A stretch of DNA of 63,590 bases, filler included, from Octopus bimaculoides (Eukaryota), in NCBI RefSeq assembly GCF_001194135.2. It is 4 parts of 4 records of this genome, joined end to end, with 100 filler letters (N's around TTAATTAATTAA, not from the genome) between each part and the next. Parts side by side here need not be neighbours in the genome. Positions count along the whole stretch, not along the records: positions 19,613 to 49,752 come from NC_068986.1; 3 more parts are not named here. One strand, 5' to 3'. Numbering within the stretch: the first letter of the stretch is position 1; each line of letters opens with the position of its first letter. Shown piece by piece: positions 24,285 to 37,583 of the stretch. The translations under genes were made by a program, and so were the position numbers. The notes under the pieces were generated by a model. That model made no database searches. It was not told the origin of the DNA and saw only the letters and a list, made by a program, of their open reading frames with translations.

Positions 24285-24888
24285 ACTCTCGTTCGCTCTC
24301 TCTCTGTATAAAGCAATGTAATGGTTTTATATATTAAGAAAAAGTGGGTAGTTAGGTTTTGGAAAGGAACTATTAATTAGTGCTTTCCTCCCTTTGAGGG
24401 ATTGGATAAGAACTGTTAATTAGCGCATTCGTCCTTTTGAGGGATTTCTCATGAATAATTTTTTATTAAAAATTCATATCATTTGTATATATTTAAGTTA
24501 GTTGAAAAACTATTGAGTTGAATCTGTTTTCTTAGAATTTGGGAGGAAAATATTTAGGGAGAATTTGAGATATTTTTTGTTACTTCGAATTTATATGTGT
24601 TTGTATATATGTGCGTGTATCTGTGTAAGTAATTATGTGTGAGGAATTTTTGAAGGCCTGGTTAGAGGGAGCAGAGGAGAAATAAAGAAAGAAGTTAGTG
24701 TTTTTTCTGGGATGGTTAAAATTAATGATAGGTTAAAAAAAGGTCAATTTTTTATTAATTGCAACGAATTTCTGTTTGTCATTGTACGTCTGACAGCAAC
24801 TTACGTCAGTTGTCATATTACTACTCAGCTGTATAAAACAGGATCTCTTGAATTGTTTTGGAAGGTTTTAAAATATTTGTGTGTCTGT

Positions 24889-24931
<43 letters not shown>

Positions 24932-25006
24932 GTGTTGGTTGAAATTTCCCAGTTATTTTAGTAACAGTAGCGAGATCATTATTAATACAATATCTAGTGA
25001 TAATCT

Positions 25007-25097
25007 AAGGCGGCGAGCTGGCAAAACGTTATGTTAGCACACCGGGCGAAATTCCCTACAAAATTTCGGGCCTTGTGTCTGTAGCAGAAAAGAAAAG
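25007..25097 (+). mobile_element. Internally deleted 91-bp family-B SINE with 18-bp TSD
   Basis: Head aaggcggcgagctggca…gggcgaaat is joined directly to tail aaaatttcgggccttgtg…gaaaag. TSD aatatctagtgataatct at 24989-25006 and 25098-25115. Confidence 0.85.
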
Positions 25098-25179
25098 AAT
25101 ATCTAGTGATAATCTGGTTTGGTTCATCTGAGAAACTTATATTTTTAATAAGGATCTTATATATTTATGAATATATATT

Positions 25180-25730
25180 TTAAATCTTTGGTTTAGATAC
25201 TTTTTTAAATAAAATATCATCCTATTGCCTTCTGGTAGTTTGGATCGTCGCTTGGGCATTTAGGAAAAGGTGATATCTTTAATTTGCTGTTTCCGCATAT
25301 TTCCAGATGCTTTCTCAGCGGAATCTTCCGTAATTTTTTCGTGTGTTGTGGTGTCTGTGGATTCTTGCACGTTGGCAATGAGAATTATTGATTTTGCCAA
25401 TATAATTAATTTCCTGATTGAGACAGGTTATGCAGTTTATTAGATTGTGTGTCTTAAAGCATATCTGCATTAGACTTCGTGTATTAGGTTTTGTGTCTTG
25501 CAGTATATCTGCATTTATTTGGAATAAATTCAGCATATCTGAATTTATTTGGAAGGAGAATCCACTTTTAAATTTTATATAGGAACCAGAGTCCAGACAT
25601 TTGAAATTGTTGTTGTTACATATTCCGCTCCTAGTTTCTATATAGTATATATAGGAGGGAGAGTCAAAAATTATATGCACTTTTGTTTTGTCACTGCATT
25701 TACACAAAAGCGGGAGATAAACAAGCAGGT
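25180..25730 (-). mobile_element. Penelope-like element remnant, GIY-YIG endonuclease region
   Basis: Translation ICFKTHNLINCITCLNQEINYIGKINNSHCQRARIH (NLIY-C-YIG pattern), continuing after a frameshift as IPLRKHLEICG…PFPKC…YFI. Confidence 0.7.
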
Positions 25731-25735
25731 CGTTT

Positions 25736-25960
25736 TTGTATATAGTCTCCTTCCTTTTCGATGCACTTAGTCCAGCGGTCCACAAGTTTGCATATTCCCT
25801 CCAAGAACGAGGTTTTCAGTTGATCGTGCAGACATTTATGCAACGCTTCTTTGAGAGGTGCAAAGATATGATAGTCGGAAGGGGCAAAATTTGGGCTATA
25901 GGCAGGGTATTCCAGCACCTCAAAAGTAAATTGGTTAATAATTTCAAAGGTCTGTGTGGC
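25736..25960 (-). mobile_element. Mariner transposase C-terminal fragment
   Basis: FEVLEYPAYSPNFAPSDYHIFAPLKEAL…LVDRWTKCIEKEGDYI matches the mariner YSPDLAPSDYHLF and RWxKCIxxxGDY motifs, with an internal deletion. Confidence 0.85.
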
Positions 25961-28365
25961 GGCGGAAGTGCGGGACGTGATGGTTGAATACTCGAGGGAC
26001 AAATCGCCGGGTTTGGATGGTCTACCCTACGAGCTTTACAGTTAGTTGTATGCCAGACTTATTTGGAGACGTCTTGACAGCAGTGTACTGAAATTGCCAG
26101 CAAAACGGGAGCATCTCCGGTTTTGCGAGCCGAGGGGCCGTAACGCTGCTGAAGTAAGATCCAAGCAAGTGGGATGTAATAGATAACTTTAGGCCCATCA
26201 CTCTGCTCAATGCAGATTTGAACATTTTGGCCAAGGTATTAGCCAAGAGGTTGGCGCTTGTCATCGAGAAAGTGGTCGACAAGGCGCAAACGTGCGCCGT
26301 ACCGGGTTGGAGCATCCACAACAACCTCCATCTGATGCGCTACATCATAGACAGGGTAGTTAAGGAAAATGGCATGGGTAGGGCCCTGATTAATTTGGAT
26401 GAATCCAATGCTTTCGATAGGGTAAACCACCGATACTTGGAGGCTGTTTTCATAGCCGACCCTCTTCCGCAGCTGGATAGCTGCCTCGTACCGAGGGATC
26501 CATTCGGTAATTCGCGTGAATGGACATCTATCGAGACCCTTCGACATTGCACGTTCGGTTCGTCAGGGATGCCCCCTCTCATCGCTTTTGTACGTATTGA
26601 CACTCGAACCACTACTGCGGAAGCTGGCGACGCTGAGGGGCATCCCGCGAGGATTGGGATGCGGGAAGTGCGTGTCCGCGTACGTGGACGACGTCAACGT
26701 TATAGTGTCTAGCCAGTAGCACATCGTGTTGGTAAGCGAAACACTGAAAGGCTACAGGAGCGATAATCAACCGGAAATAGTCAGTGGGCTTGCGGCTCGG
26801 TACCTGGAGAAGCAAGCCCATGCCGTCCAACAGCGCTTCCGTCGTGGGACGCTGGACCGACGGTCTGGTCAAGTTGCTCTGGGTCTGGTTTGAGTTCACC
26901 TCCAAACGGAGAAGAACTGAAACGAAATAACGAGTAGAGTGGTCACTCTTACCCGGCAACGGGCCGAGAGGAATCTGTCTCTAAAAGGTCGGGCGGAGGC
27001 GGCGAACACGTACATCGTGTCCGTCATCTACTAACGCCTGACCGTAGTGCCTTGTCCCGACCCTACCATCACCAAACTGGAACGCATTCTCTTCCGCTTC
27101 TTGTGGAAAGGATGCGATCCGATGGTCAGACGATCCATTTGCTGCCAACACCCGTTAAATGGAGGGCTGGGTATGCCGTGGTTGATGATGCACAGACACG
27201 CACTGAGACTGTGATATCTTCCGGCTCTACGTAGACGACGGTGAACAGGTGTGGTCGCTGCTTGTGAGGCGCACTTTATCGCAGCTATGCTCCATGACCG
27301 AACTGCAGTCGTGGATCAAAAAGAGGCCGAGGAAGGGTGAATGGCACTGCGAGTGTCACCACGTTGCTCTCGAGAAACTATGCCGTCCCTGGGCGATTGC
27401 AACACAGCCAAAGCATTTTATAGGGGATCAGTGGAGGGGAGGTATGATGACGATCTCGGGGCGAACCTGGGCGTCGACGAGGAATACCTTACCCGCTTTT
27501 TCAAGACGACTTTCGGGCCGGAGCCGATGGACAACTTCCAGCGACCCTTGGCCTGGCAGAGCTATAGAGAAGCGCTACCAGTTTTAGATAAGCTCTACAG
27601 GCATGGACCGAGAAACACGGGGCCGACCAGCCCGATATTCGGTGAGAGCGACGAAGCCATTCTGCACGCGACTCGTACGGTGTCCAACCATTTCCGACCT
27701 GTGGGCCTATGTCGAACGACTATTATCGCGTGTGAGACGAGTCGGCTTATCAGCCGAGTCTATCTTGAATGTTGTCGCGCATCCTTGCTTGAAACGGGAA
27801 GGAAGAGCCATTTTCATCGTACTTGTGGCTATGGTGAAAGAATGTGTATGGTGGACGCGTCTGAAAGCTCTAGACAGAAACACTTTCCTCTCTGGTGAAT
27901 CTCTCATCAACTTCTTCAAGTATCACTTGAAGAGGAAGATGAGAGTAGAGAGGGGAGTTTTGTCTAGTGACTGTTTCAAAAGAAAGATGAGTGAATGTAG
28001 CAAGGATGGCACGTGTGAATGACGGAGCTACTTTGAACATAATCCTATAAACCAAAAAAAGAAGGAAAAAAAAAGAGTCACTTACTGTAATGTGTTTTTT
28101 TTTTTGCATGTCATTCTTGCTCGAGGTTACCGTGGTCTTTTCCGTAGGCCTTTCTTTCCACAGATAAACCCAATCCGTTTCTCATTTTACACTATGATAT
28201 TTCTGTGATACACGATCCCTATTGATCGGCTGCCCTACCTTCTTTTCACGATCCATTTTAATCAAAATTCTACTCCACCACCATTTTTTCTTTCCTTTCC
28301 CAAAAGGAAAGCTCTACTTTGTATTTTGTCCCCTCTGTGTTCAGCCCTGTGTGGCCAATAAAGAA
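25960..28365 (+). mobile_element. 5'-truncated Tx1/L1-clade LINE (RT to 3'UTR), decayed
   Basis: KSPGLDGLPYELY, NFRPITLLNADLNILAKVLAKRL, LINLDESNAFDRVNH, RQGCPLSSLLYVL, AYVDDV and a degraded C-terminal CCHC-like motif. Multiple frameshifts. AATAAA at 28357-62 directly precedes (TATC)n. Confidence 0.9.
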
Positions 28366-28368
28366 ACA

Positions 28369-28429
<61 letters not shown>
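28369..28429. repeat. (TATC)n microsatellite
   Basis: Visible directly. Confidence 0.95.
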
Positions 28430-28430
<1 letters not shown>

Positions 28431-29919
28431 ACTTGAATACCTTCTTTTTAAGTATTGCATAAAACAAAATAATATAATCCTTAATTTTTTTATCGTTTAT
28501 GCTTAAGATTTTAGGACTATACGCCTCATATAAGTTTTGCATTCTTAATGAAGGCCACAATCTATTACCAAGAATTCGCTCCAAATTATATTTCGTCTTT
28601 TTCCTGCTAAACAATTGTCAACATTTTACCCTGTTTTCTTTGATACATATATAAAATGATTTGACTTCGATTTTGTTTGAGGAACGTCTAGAAGAAATGG
28701 CAGTACACTTGGCTTTCCCAGTCTCTCGTTTGATGCCCTTGAAACTTTATAAAGCAATGATTTCCAGTGGCTCGAAATCCTGAGAGTATCAAACCGTAGT
28801 GATTTTGCCGATCTTGTGGTGAGTGTTAAGCACAAAAGTATGGTGAGATGTGTAGAGATAAGTAGGATGGAAGAAGTTGAATGGAGATGGCATGAACCCA
28901 GTGAGCTTTGAGAAACAGAAACCATTATAGTATTATTATATAGCATAAAACGTTCATTAGTAATCATAATTATCTGAACCAGGGGTTTAACCGTTGGAAA
29001 TTCAATGAACACACGGTCAAATTGCCTGTGTTACAATTGCTCAGATGAACTAATCTATTCATATATACAGATACCATGAGGTTTTATAGTTTGATTGACT
29101 ATTTAACTAGTGTTTTCCTGAAATAGTGATAAGTAATACATATCAATCCTTGAGAATATCACATAAAGAAATGGGTATGTTTGTAAATTGTTGGTTGCCA
29201 TGCAAGACGACGAGCAATCGTGCGTAAGGGACCCCAGAACGAAATAACACATTGATATATCATCAATTTATAGATTATATATAATATATTGTAAAGTGAT
29301 GGTACTGTGTTCTGGACAATTTGCATGGATGAATTTCAAGATCGACATAAGGTGTATTCAATTGCTCTTTTTTTTTCTAGGTTAGATGAATGATTGATTT
29401 GTTAGCGATTTTTAGCAAATGTGGAAAATAACTATCGTCTATTTATACAATTGTCTCTAAACACTGTTATATAAGAACATATTAGTTTTGAAAACATAGG
29501 TTCAGAAATAGATAAATTTCTGTCTTTACAATGAGTATATTATATGCATCTATTTATGCACATTGCGCTTGAGTTGGTTCTATATTTACGTGTCGTTGTG
29601 TAATTATTTAAAGTATGTTTGTTTGAGTGTATTTGTATATGGGTATAGATGCACATGTAAAGTATGTGTGTTTGTGTATGTGTGAAAGTAAATGTATTTA
29701 TGCTTATATTCTAAAGAAAGTTATTGACAATTAAATAAAGCTCTGTTAGTCGCAGTATTGAAACCTCAGGTTTGAATTTAGAAACAGAATTTATTGAAAA
29801 TGTCTTCATAGTTATAACTTTATGAAGGAAAGGAATTTTTGTCACAACCATAGATTTCTAAAATAGGTACATCAAATTACTTTGTTTATTTTTGTAGCTT
29901 TGTTGCTGTTGCTGCTATA

Positions 29920-30950
29920 ATATAAGTTTGAGAGAATGTTTCTGATCTACTTAGGCATTCCATAACCGATGAGGTAGATATTGCTAATGTTCTGCTTGAA
30001 ATGGTGCAAGTCAACAGCCTGCTAGAGAATTATATGTTAGGTATCATGTACTGCTAATTAGAGTGGGATCTGGGAGTTGGACACTATATGTGTAAGAAGA
30101 GGGGCAGAGATACAACTTTGTCAGTACAGTCCTGACATCAGAGGGGACTTGAGAAGTTATCTCTGTGTAGTATAGGTAATTGTAGTCACATTAAAAAAGC
30201 AGCAGGAAGAGAGAAATCACATCTTTCTTTAGAAACATTATATGATATTTGTGGTATAAGCTCAACATCATCCTAGAAGTGGGAGAATTAATTCATTGAG
30301 ACTGAAGGCTGAAATATTGTGTGACGCTAAAGATAAATGCCAGTCTTTGCTATGTTGTTAATGTTCGTTCACTTCACTGAGCCAGAGACCTAGTATTTGG
30401 AGCGATGCTGAAAATTCTAGGAATGCATAAATCACATTTAATGAAATAAGCTTTGTCATTTTTTTAATAAGCACAGAGATATTGTTTTATTTTAAAGCCG
30501 TAGCAGACACAATTTGTATCACATGACTATTTTGTGGGTTTTGCTCCCGTAGTTAGTGTGGGGTTGGGGTGTGTGTGGTGTCTAGGATGGATAGATAACA
30601 TTTTATGGTAGAATGGTGTGTAGGAATTGTTGCTATTGGAGCTGTCAAAATCTATGTCATTAATATTTAAGAGTAATAGTATGGTGGAGGAACTCGAAGC
30701 ATGGAGTACACTATAATTCATAAGGTGTTTGTCTGAAAAGGCTCTATCTCTAAATGACTCGACAGTATTATCTGATGAGAAATCACCGATTACGACATGA
30801 CACGGGGACGCATCCGATAGCTGGACATTTGCGACGAGGTGTTAGCATATCAGGTATCACTGAAAACTTAGCTGAGATTTGGCATAAAAACTACTTTCAC
30901 TAAAGTTATCAAAGTTTGCCTCGACTACATCTCCAAAGCATGAAACTATT
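29920..30950 (-). mobile_element. Very degraded L2/Crack/Jockey-like LINE RT and 3' region
   Basis: Ordered remnants on the minus strand: FLxxR-like, SSSTILLLLNINDI (cf. PQGSVLSPTLFLLFINDL), NSYT (cf. SYADD), SLQILGL, INNIAK, a MEYCSH-like remnant, and ggttatggaatgcct (RLWNA). Confidence 0.5.
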
Positions 30951-31785
30951 AGTAGCTCATAATTTATATTGTGTATATTAAATAATACATACATGCATGC
31001 ATATATATGCGTGTGTGTACGTGTTGTGTGTGTTTGTCTATGCGTGTGCGCGCGCGTATGTTTATTTAAGTATATATTTATGTATATATGTGTATGTGCA
31101 GGTATATGCGTATAGGTTCATCAACTTATATATCAGCTAACAAATAATTGAGGACAAGTATATATTCTATGCATCTGGGAATGATCGACAGTAGGCGATT
31201 GAAGTTATCTCCGATTGAAGTTATCTCCGATTGAAGTTAACGCTGATTGGTTATTTTCGGTTTAAGAAACAATGCTTTAATGCTATAAAAAGCAGCCTGG
31301 TCTGAGGTCGTTGATATTACTGTAAAGAAGAAGATAAAGTTCCATTTTATATTATACTAATGCTGTTAAGGATTACAAACATAAAAATGGAGAACGATTT
31401 GTGAAAGAACCTTCAACATAATAGGTTCAATTTAGTAGATGCAAGAACGTTTTAAAAAATTAAAACAGGGAAACAATCAAATAATGTAGTAAAAATTGTT
31501 GACATATCCAATCACATTCATGGTTTATTTTCAAATATCGTTTGATATAATTTTGATTTTTATGTTCGCAATATTTACTTCAGTGATTTACATCTTGGGT
31601 TGAAACAGGAAACAATGTTCCATTACGTAAATGTAATGCTTTACCGCAGAATTCTATTCCTTATCAACAAACACATTTGTTCCAATATGATCGACAGTAT
31701 GCATGCTTAATGCAATATGAAAGGTTGCAGCATATATCATATTTGTTCCATTATATCAAGGTATTTTATATATTTTTTAATGTTT

Positions 31786-31982
31786 AAAGCGGTGAGCCGG
31801 CAGAATCGTAAGCGCGCCGGGAAAATGTTTCGTTCTGAGTTCAAGTTCCCTCGAGGTCGACATTACGTTTCGTCCTTCGGGGTCGAAAAAATAAGTACCA
31901 GTTGAATACTGGGGTCGATGTAATCGACTTATCCTCTACCCCAAATTTGATGGTCTTGTTCCAAAATTTGGAACCAATATTC
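31786..31982 (+). mobile_element. Family-B SINE with internal deletion
   Basis: aaagcggtgagccggcagaatcg…ttcggggtcgaaaaaataagtaccag…actggggtcgatgtaatcgac. Confidence 0.8.
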
Positions 31983-33199
31983 CTTACTGTTTCCACATTT
32001 TAAATGCCGTCAAAGAAATAATGATCATACCGTGTTTTAGAGTCGCAACAGATTTTTTCCCTTTATAATTTCAATTGTTGATCACTTTAATACCGAATAT
32101 TATTGTTATAAATCATGAAGTTGGAATACATCTATTAATCTAACTAATTATGTATGAAAAACACCAGTATTTATTGTAAAGATAAATATTTAGTCGGCGT
32201 TAGAGGAGAGAAGAGGATCAAGAAGAGATAATTGATTAATTTCTAGCATGATAACATTAATGGAGATGGATCGGATATAATGAGTACTATGACATGAGAA
32301 GTGGAAAATATGATAAACTCTTCTGACAAACTTCCCTTTATTTTCCCTTTTTTATTCTTGTTTCTATATCATGCATCAGCACCTCCCCTTTCTTCTCTGA
32401 ATTAGTCTAGAAATTTAATATTTATCGGTTCCGCTATTGAATGATGAATTTAAATTAGGTGAAAAAAAGAAACTAATTTGCTTAATATTAGGAAGAAACA
32501 TTTGTCGAAGACAATCGGAAATTAATAAATTATATTTCGATTTACTACTAGCAATAAGCTAATTTTTAAAAAAAATTTTTACATTTGGAGTAGATACTTT
32601 CTAATTCATCGATGATATAGAGATAATAGAAGTCATTTTGTCCAACATCAACAATATCATACCAAGTACTTGATAAACTTAAATGATTTTTAAAATAAAT
32701 AATTTCAACTTTATATTCATTGTAAGAGAAGCAAATACTTACACTAATTAAAGCCATTATTAATTTTTAAAAAATTAATAGCAGGGAATAAAAGAGGCAG
32801 TAGATTACTAGGTCAAATATATTGTAGACTTTATTTAGATACATTTCTTGCTTAAAGTTAAAATTTCTCCGGAACCAATTTAGTCTTCCAGGATTCTAGG
32901 ATTAATAAAATAAGCACTCATCCTGTGTCATGTACTAGGGATTTTTTCAGTCTGAAATACCCAAAGCCTACACATTTTTGGCCTCAGATTTGCACCAATT
33001 TAAGAAATCATTTTTATATCAATAACTGAAATCACAAATTAGGTTTTATTCTGGATTTTGCTTTACTATTTCTACCATTATAACATCTATATATTTAAAA
33101 TAGCTCTCCTATATCTATGAAGATATATACAGCTTGCCGGCATTTTTATTAGGTTTGGGGTGTTATATCAGAACTGTTTATGATAATCTGCATGAATTT

Positions 33200-34760
33200 C
33201 TAAAACTATCCAGAGTTCTGTATCACCTGTGAGACTTTTGTATCATCTGCATTACTTTGTGGTTCTCTGTGTGGCTGAGAGGTCCCAAACACTAGTGTTC
33301 CCAAAACAATGGTGGTCTCAAAACAGTACCTTGCGGAACACCGCTCACTTTTTGTGTCATTGTAGGCGGTCCCATAGGCTACCACCGCCTGACTTCTATC
33401 TATCAGAAAGTCATGTAGCCATTCTCCCAATTTCCCGACTATGCCGAGATCACGCAGTTTGTGAAATATCATTCCATGATTGACTTTACCGAAAGCCTTT
33501 GCGAAATCGAGATGTATCACATCCACATTTGAGTGGTTGAGCAGCTGTCTCAACACTCAGTCATAATGTTGTAAGAGCTGAGTCAGGCAGCTTCTTCCTC
33601 GTTGGAAACCCTGTTGGGTGTCAGTCAGCAAGTCATTTTCCTCAAGGAAGGTGATTAGTTTTCTTCTGACTATTCGTTCCATGACTTTGGTGATGTCCGA
33701 GATAAGAGAGATAAGTCTGTCGATTTTGTCCTCTGCTCTGCTACCTCTTTATGACTAGGGCATATTTTTACCTTCCTTCAGTTTGCCAGGAAGTTTGCCA
33801 GTTTCAAAGAAGATCTGGAAGAGGGACTGCAGTGGTCTCTCTAGAACTCACTTACATGATTTTAGTAGGACTGCCGGGAATTCATCAGGGCCAGTATCTT
33901 AGTTCGGGTTCATCCCTTATTATATCGTCTTCTTTTATATTGATTACATCAATCATCCCTACCTCTGTTTTTATATCTGCAGTGGCGAAAAGGTCAACTG
34001 GATTGCTGACGTGCAAGTGTCCTTGGGGTGGACTGAAAACGCTTTTGAATTGCTCATTTAGTATTTCACTTATCCTCATTTGGTTTCTTGTGAGTGAACT
34101 TTTTGGGGGAGGAGTGGCACTAATGCTACACTAAGGCTGTTGCTATAGCAAACTTGTAGAAGTATCTAGGGTTAGATTTTATATTGCCTATAGTCCAGGT
34201 TACTTTTTCTGCTATTTTTTTTTCATGGGAGAGTTGAAAAGTTTTTCAATCTCATGCAGTTGTAATTTCAGGCAGGGTTTTTCTCCACTTTCAATTTGTT
34301 TAGGTGATTTGAAATTTTTGTATGCCGTCTCAAGAACTTTCCTCTCCTGGGGATTTTGCTCTTGTGTAAAATGGCCCTTCCCTCCGAGACACATCTGTAG
34401 AATATGGCTTGCATTACAGACATGAATTGTTGAAGTTTGATATCGATGTCCGGTGAGGAGAGACATTTAGGCCAGTTTTGTTTAAGGCTCTCTTTCTCAA
34501 TTTGTTTCCAGTTTGCCTTATGAAAGTTCAAACTGGAAAAATTTTCAGAGTGTTTTGTAGGCTGCATGTCCATGGTTTCTTTTGGTCCGTACATGGTCAG
34601 CTCTACCATGTTGTGGATGAGATCCATATTATTTGTGAAGCAGAGATCCAGTATATTACCTGCTCTACTTGGTTGGAGTTCTATTTGTTCCATGTACAAA
34701 GTGTTGTGTGGGCAGTCAGATTTGCTTTTTTCTTCGGCTGATCACCCCCATAATATCTTC
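33200..34760 (-). mobile_element. CR1-clade LINE, 5' half of ORF2 (endonuclease end to RT ADD)
   Basis: RAGNILDLCFTN, ILNEQFKSVF, DVIHLDFAKAFGKVNHG, WLHDFLIDRSQAV and NADDTKVSQV, with many frameshifts. Confidence 0.88.
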
Positions 34761-35364
34761 TAAGTTTAAACATATCAACTGACAAAGATATAGCAGAAAC
34801 GATGGCCTGAGCCTAATACTAATTTTGAAAAGAAAAACATGTATAAACTTTTATATATTAACTTTGTTATATTAAATAAAAGTTAATATTTTTCATGTGT
34901 ACTTTGGCAATAAATACATAATTATTATTTTTCAAAATGTTATCAACATAATGTCAATTTACGAAAAGCTATTTCTGCAAAATTTCATTAAAAATATCTA
35001 TTTATCATTGGCTGCAGTGAAGCTTTATATGTAAACTCATCCTGTACTTCTTAGGTTACCTAACACTGTATCTGTTTTACTCCCTCCCAACTCTCTCTAT
35101 GCAATGTAAATATGACTATAGATATCAACTAACCATTAATTATATCGCTTTTATGAAATACATGTGTGCATGCGCGCGCTCGTGTGTATGCGCACATGTG
35201 TGAAATGAATAGCGGCAAAGAAAGACTGGCAAAATGAGTCTCATAATTAAAATGACAAAGATATGAGTACTGAGATCTTATATATATTGTGATACTTAGT
35301 GAACCACATTGGTTTAGCACATATGATGTATCTCTTGCCCACAGCTATACAGACTGACTGTATG

Positions 35365-36200
35365 GATAGTGATACAAAAATATCACAGGTGCCAAGGACC
35401 CTGATGAAATACTAAAACTGCAAAACTACCTGAATGCAATATGTAAATGGCTGCTGAAAATAACATGCAATTCAATGCTGAGAAATTTCAAGCATTCCGC
35501 GATCGGTCCATAAACAGATAACAAGAAGAATACACAAAAACAGGGTTAATGCAATCCTAGAGTCAGTGTCGTTGCGTGAACTGGTAATCCACACGCGTAT
35601 ATTACCAAGATGGCAACACTGTGCATGCAGGTAACTGGATGGATTGTGAGATCATTCAGAACCAGGAAAGAGAATGCCATGCTACTCCTATGGAAAACTT
35701 TCGTTCTCAGTCGTCTGGAATACTACTCCCAGCTATTCTCACTGCAGAGCATCAAACTGCTGGTGGAATGTGGGGCAATCCAGCGCCACCACACAAAGAT
35801 TGACTTGCTGAAACAGAAGAGCTACTGGCAGAGGCTAAAAGAAGTGATGCTTTGTTCCTTAGAGACAAAGCGTGAAAGATATACGCTATTATACATATGA
35901 ACGTTCCTGGAATCACTAGCTCCAAACTTTGGAATTTAAAACTATATCAAAGCCCGAACTGGACGGGACAGCATAGCACCAAAGATCCCGTCTTTTCCAT
36001 CCAGAATAAGGGCCCAGTTTCCCCATTCAGATTAAGGGCCCAGTTTCCCCATTCAGATTAAGGGCCCAGCTCTATTTTCAAGGGTCCACAACAGTTTGTG
36101 CCTGGACAAAGTTTTATCTGAGATTCAAAATGAACCCGTATCACAGCAGGAAGCAAAAAGTAGAGCAACTCCGTCCAACTCGCTATTTCACAAGGAACAG
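35365..36200 (+). mobile_element. CR1-clade LINE, 3' half of ORF2 and 3' region
   Basis: DTKISQV…ENNMQFNAEKF…GWIVRSFRTR…LWKTFVLSRLEYYSQL…YWQRLKE…SLETKRERY. Confidence 0.85.
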
Positions 36201-36648
36201 TTCAGAACAGAAACCCAAACTGAAAGGCATTGCTCCAGCATGGTCTCAGCTTTTCGCTGAAACCAGCTGACGATAAAAGATACACACACACACACAGATT
36301 TTCATTCATTCATAGACTTGTACACACACATATATCCATGCACATTAGTTACAGTTTCTGTAAATGGATTATCAATTAATAAATGTTAATAAAAATCTCT
36401 AATGCTTCGAAGAAAACAAAGTGTCAAGCTATGACACTCTTTGCAAATACAGTCTATCAGTCGAATAATAAAACATACAAGATCTTAAGGATTTTACCTT
36501 GTAAATATTCACGGTTCTCCTCATAAAACTTCCAATAATGGAACATGTTTCAAGAAAACCTCGTCTTTTTTATGAAAAATGCTTAATTCGCCAACGAAAT
36601 ATATTATGCATTGATTCATATGTACTTACATGCATACATATATGGATT

Positions 36649-36650
<2 letters not shown>

Positions 36651-36712
<62 letters not shown>

Positions 36713-36769
36713 GGCTGCAGCTAACAACCCGCTACGAATGCAAGACTCCAGGAGCTCCAACAAAACCTG

Positions 36770-36802
<33 letters not shown>
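36651..36802. repeat. (AAT)n microsatellite interrupted by a 59-bp insert (36713-36771)
   Basis: Visible directly. Confidence 0.9.
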
Positions 36803-36820
36803 NNNNNNNNNNTCTCATAC

Positions 36821-36876
<56 letters not shown>

Positions 36877-37178
36877 ATGTATATTATGGACACTGACGAT
36901 CTGTTGCCAGTGGATGTGTTACACATGTTTGTATAAACGTCATATGCATACATTCAGAACTACAGAACTCCATCTGGTTGAATATATGAACACAGATAAT
37001 AATCCCGTACACACATACTCATATGCTCGATAATACAACTAAACATGCATTCATACTTAATACATAATCACATGCGTGTACAAATTAACGCAATCCATGA
37101 GTTTCAATTTAATATATTGACATGCAGACTTTTAAAAATATAATATACGTACACATGCAATACTACATATTGCATTCA

Positions 37179-37215
<37 letters not shown>

Positions 37216-37534
37216 TCATATACAAAAGCTATGTCTCCATCATACCTCAAGCATGCAGTTTTTACATAGAAAATTTCATACATACTCACGCATACACTAA
37301 CTTAAGAGTGATATCATCATAGATACATGAATACATTCACAGTTAACAACAACTTTCGAGCGGCAGAGCATAGCATATACATTAATTAGACACATTAAGT
37401 TCCACTAAGTTACACTTGCATGTGAACACACGCTTCATTTTCTGAGCACATGCATATGCCATAAATTTTCTTCACGCTTTTTCTCTCTCCCTATAGATAC
37501 ATAGTCTCTCTTTCTCACACACACGTATGTGTGT

Positions 37535-37583
<49 letters not shown>

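Noticed and set aside
28626-29012. 128-aa minus ORF, and a plus-strand GTGAGT donor at 28820
   Set aside because: No recognisable motif, and every frame of the putative plus exon contains a stop.
32566-32757. 63-aa minus ORF with an apparent 65-nt GT-AG intron
   Set aside because: The upstream exon frames contain stops and the region is extremely AT-rich.
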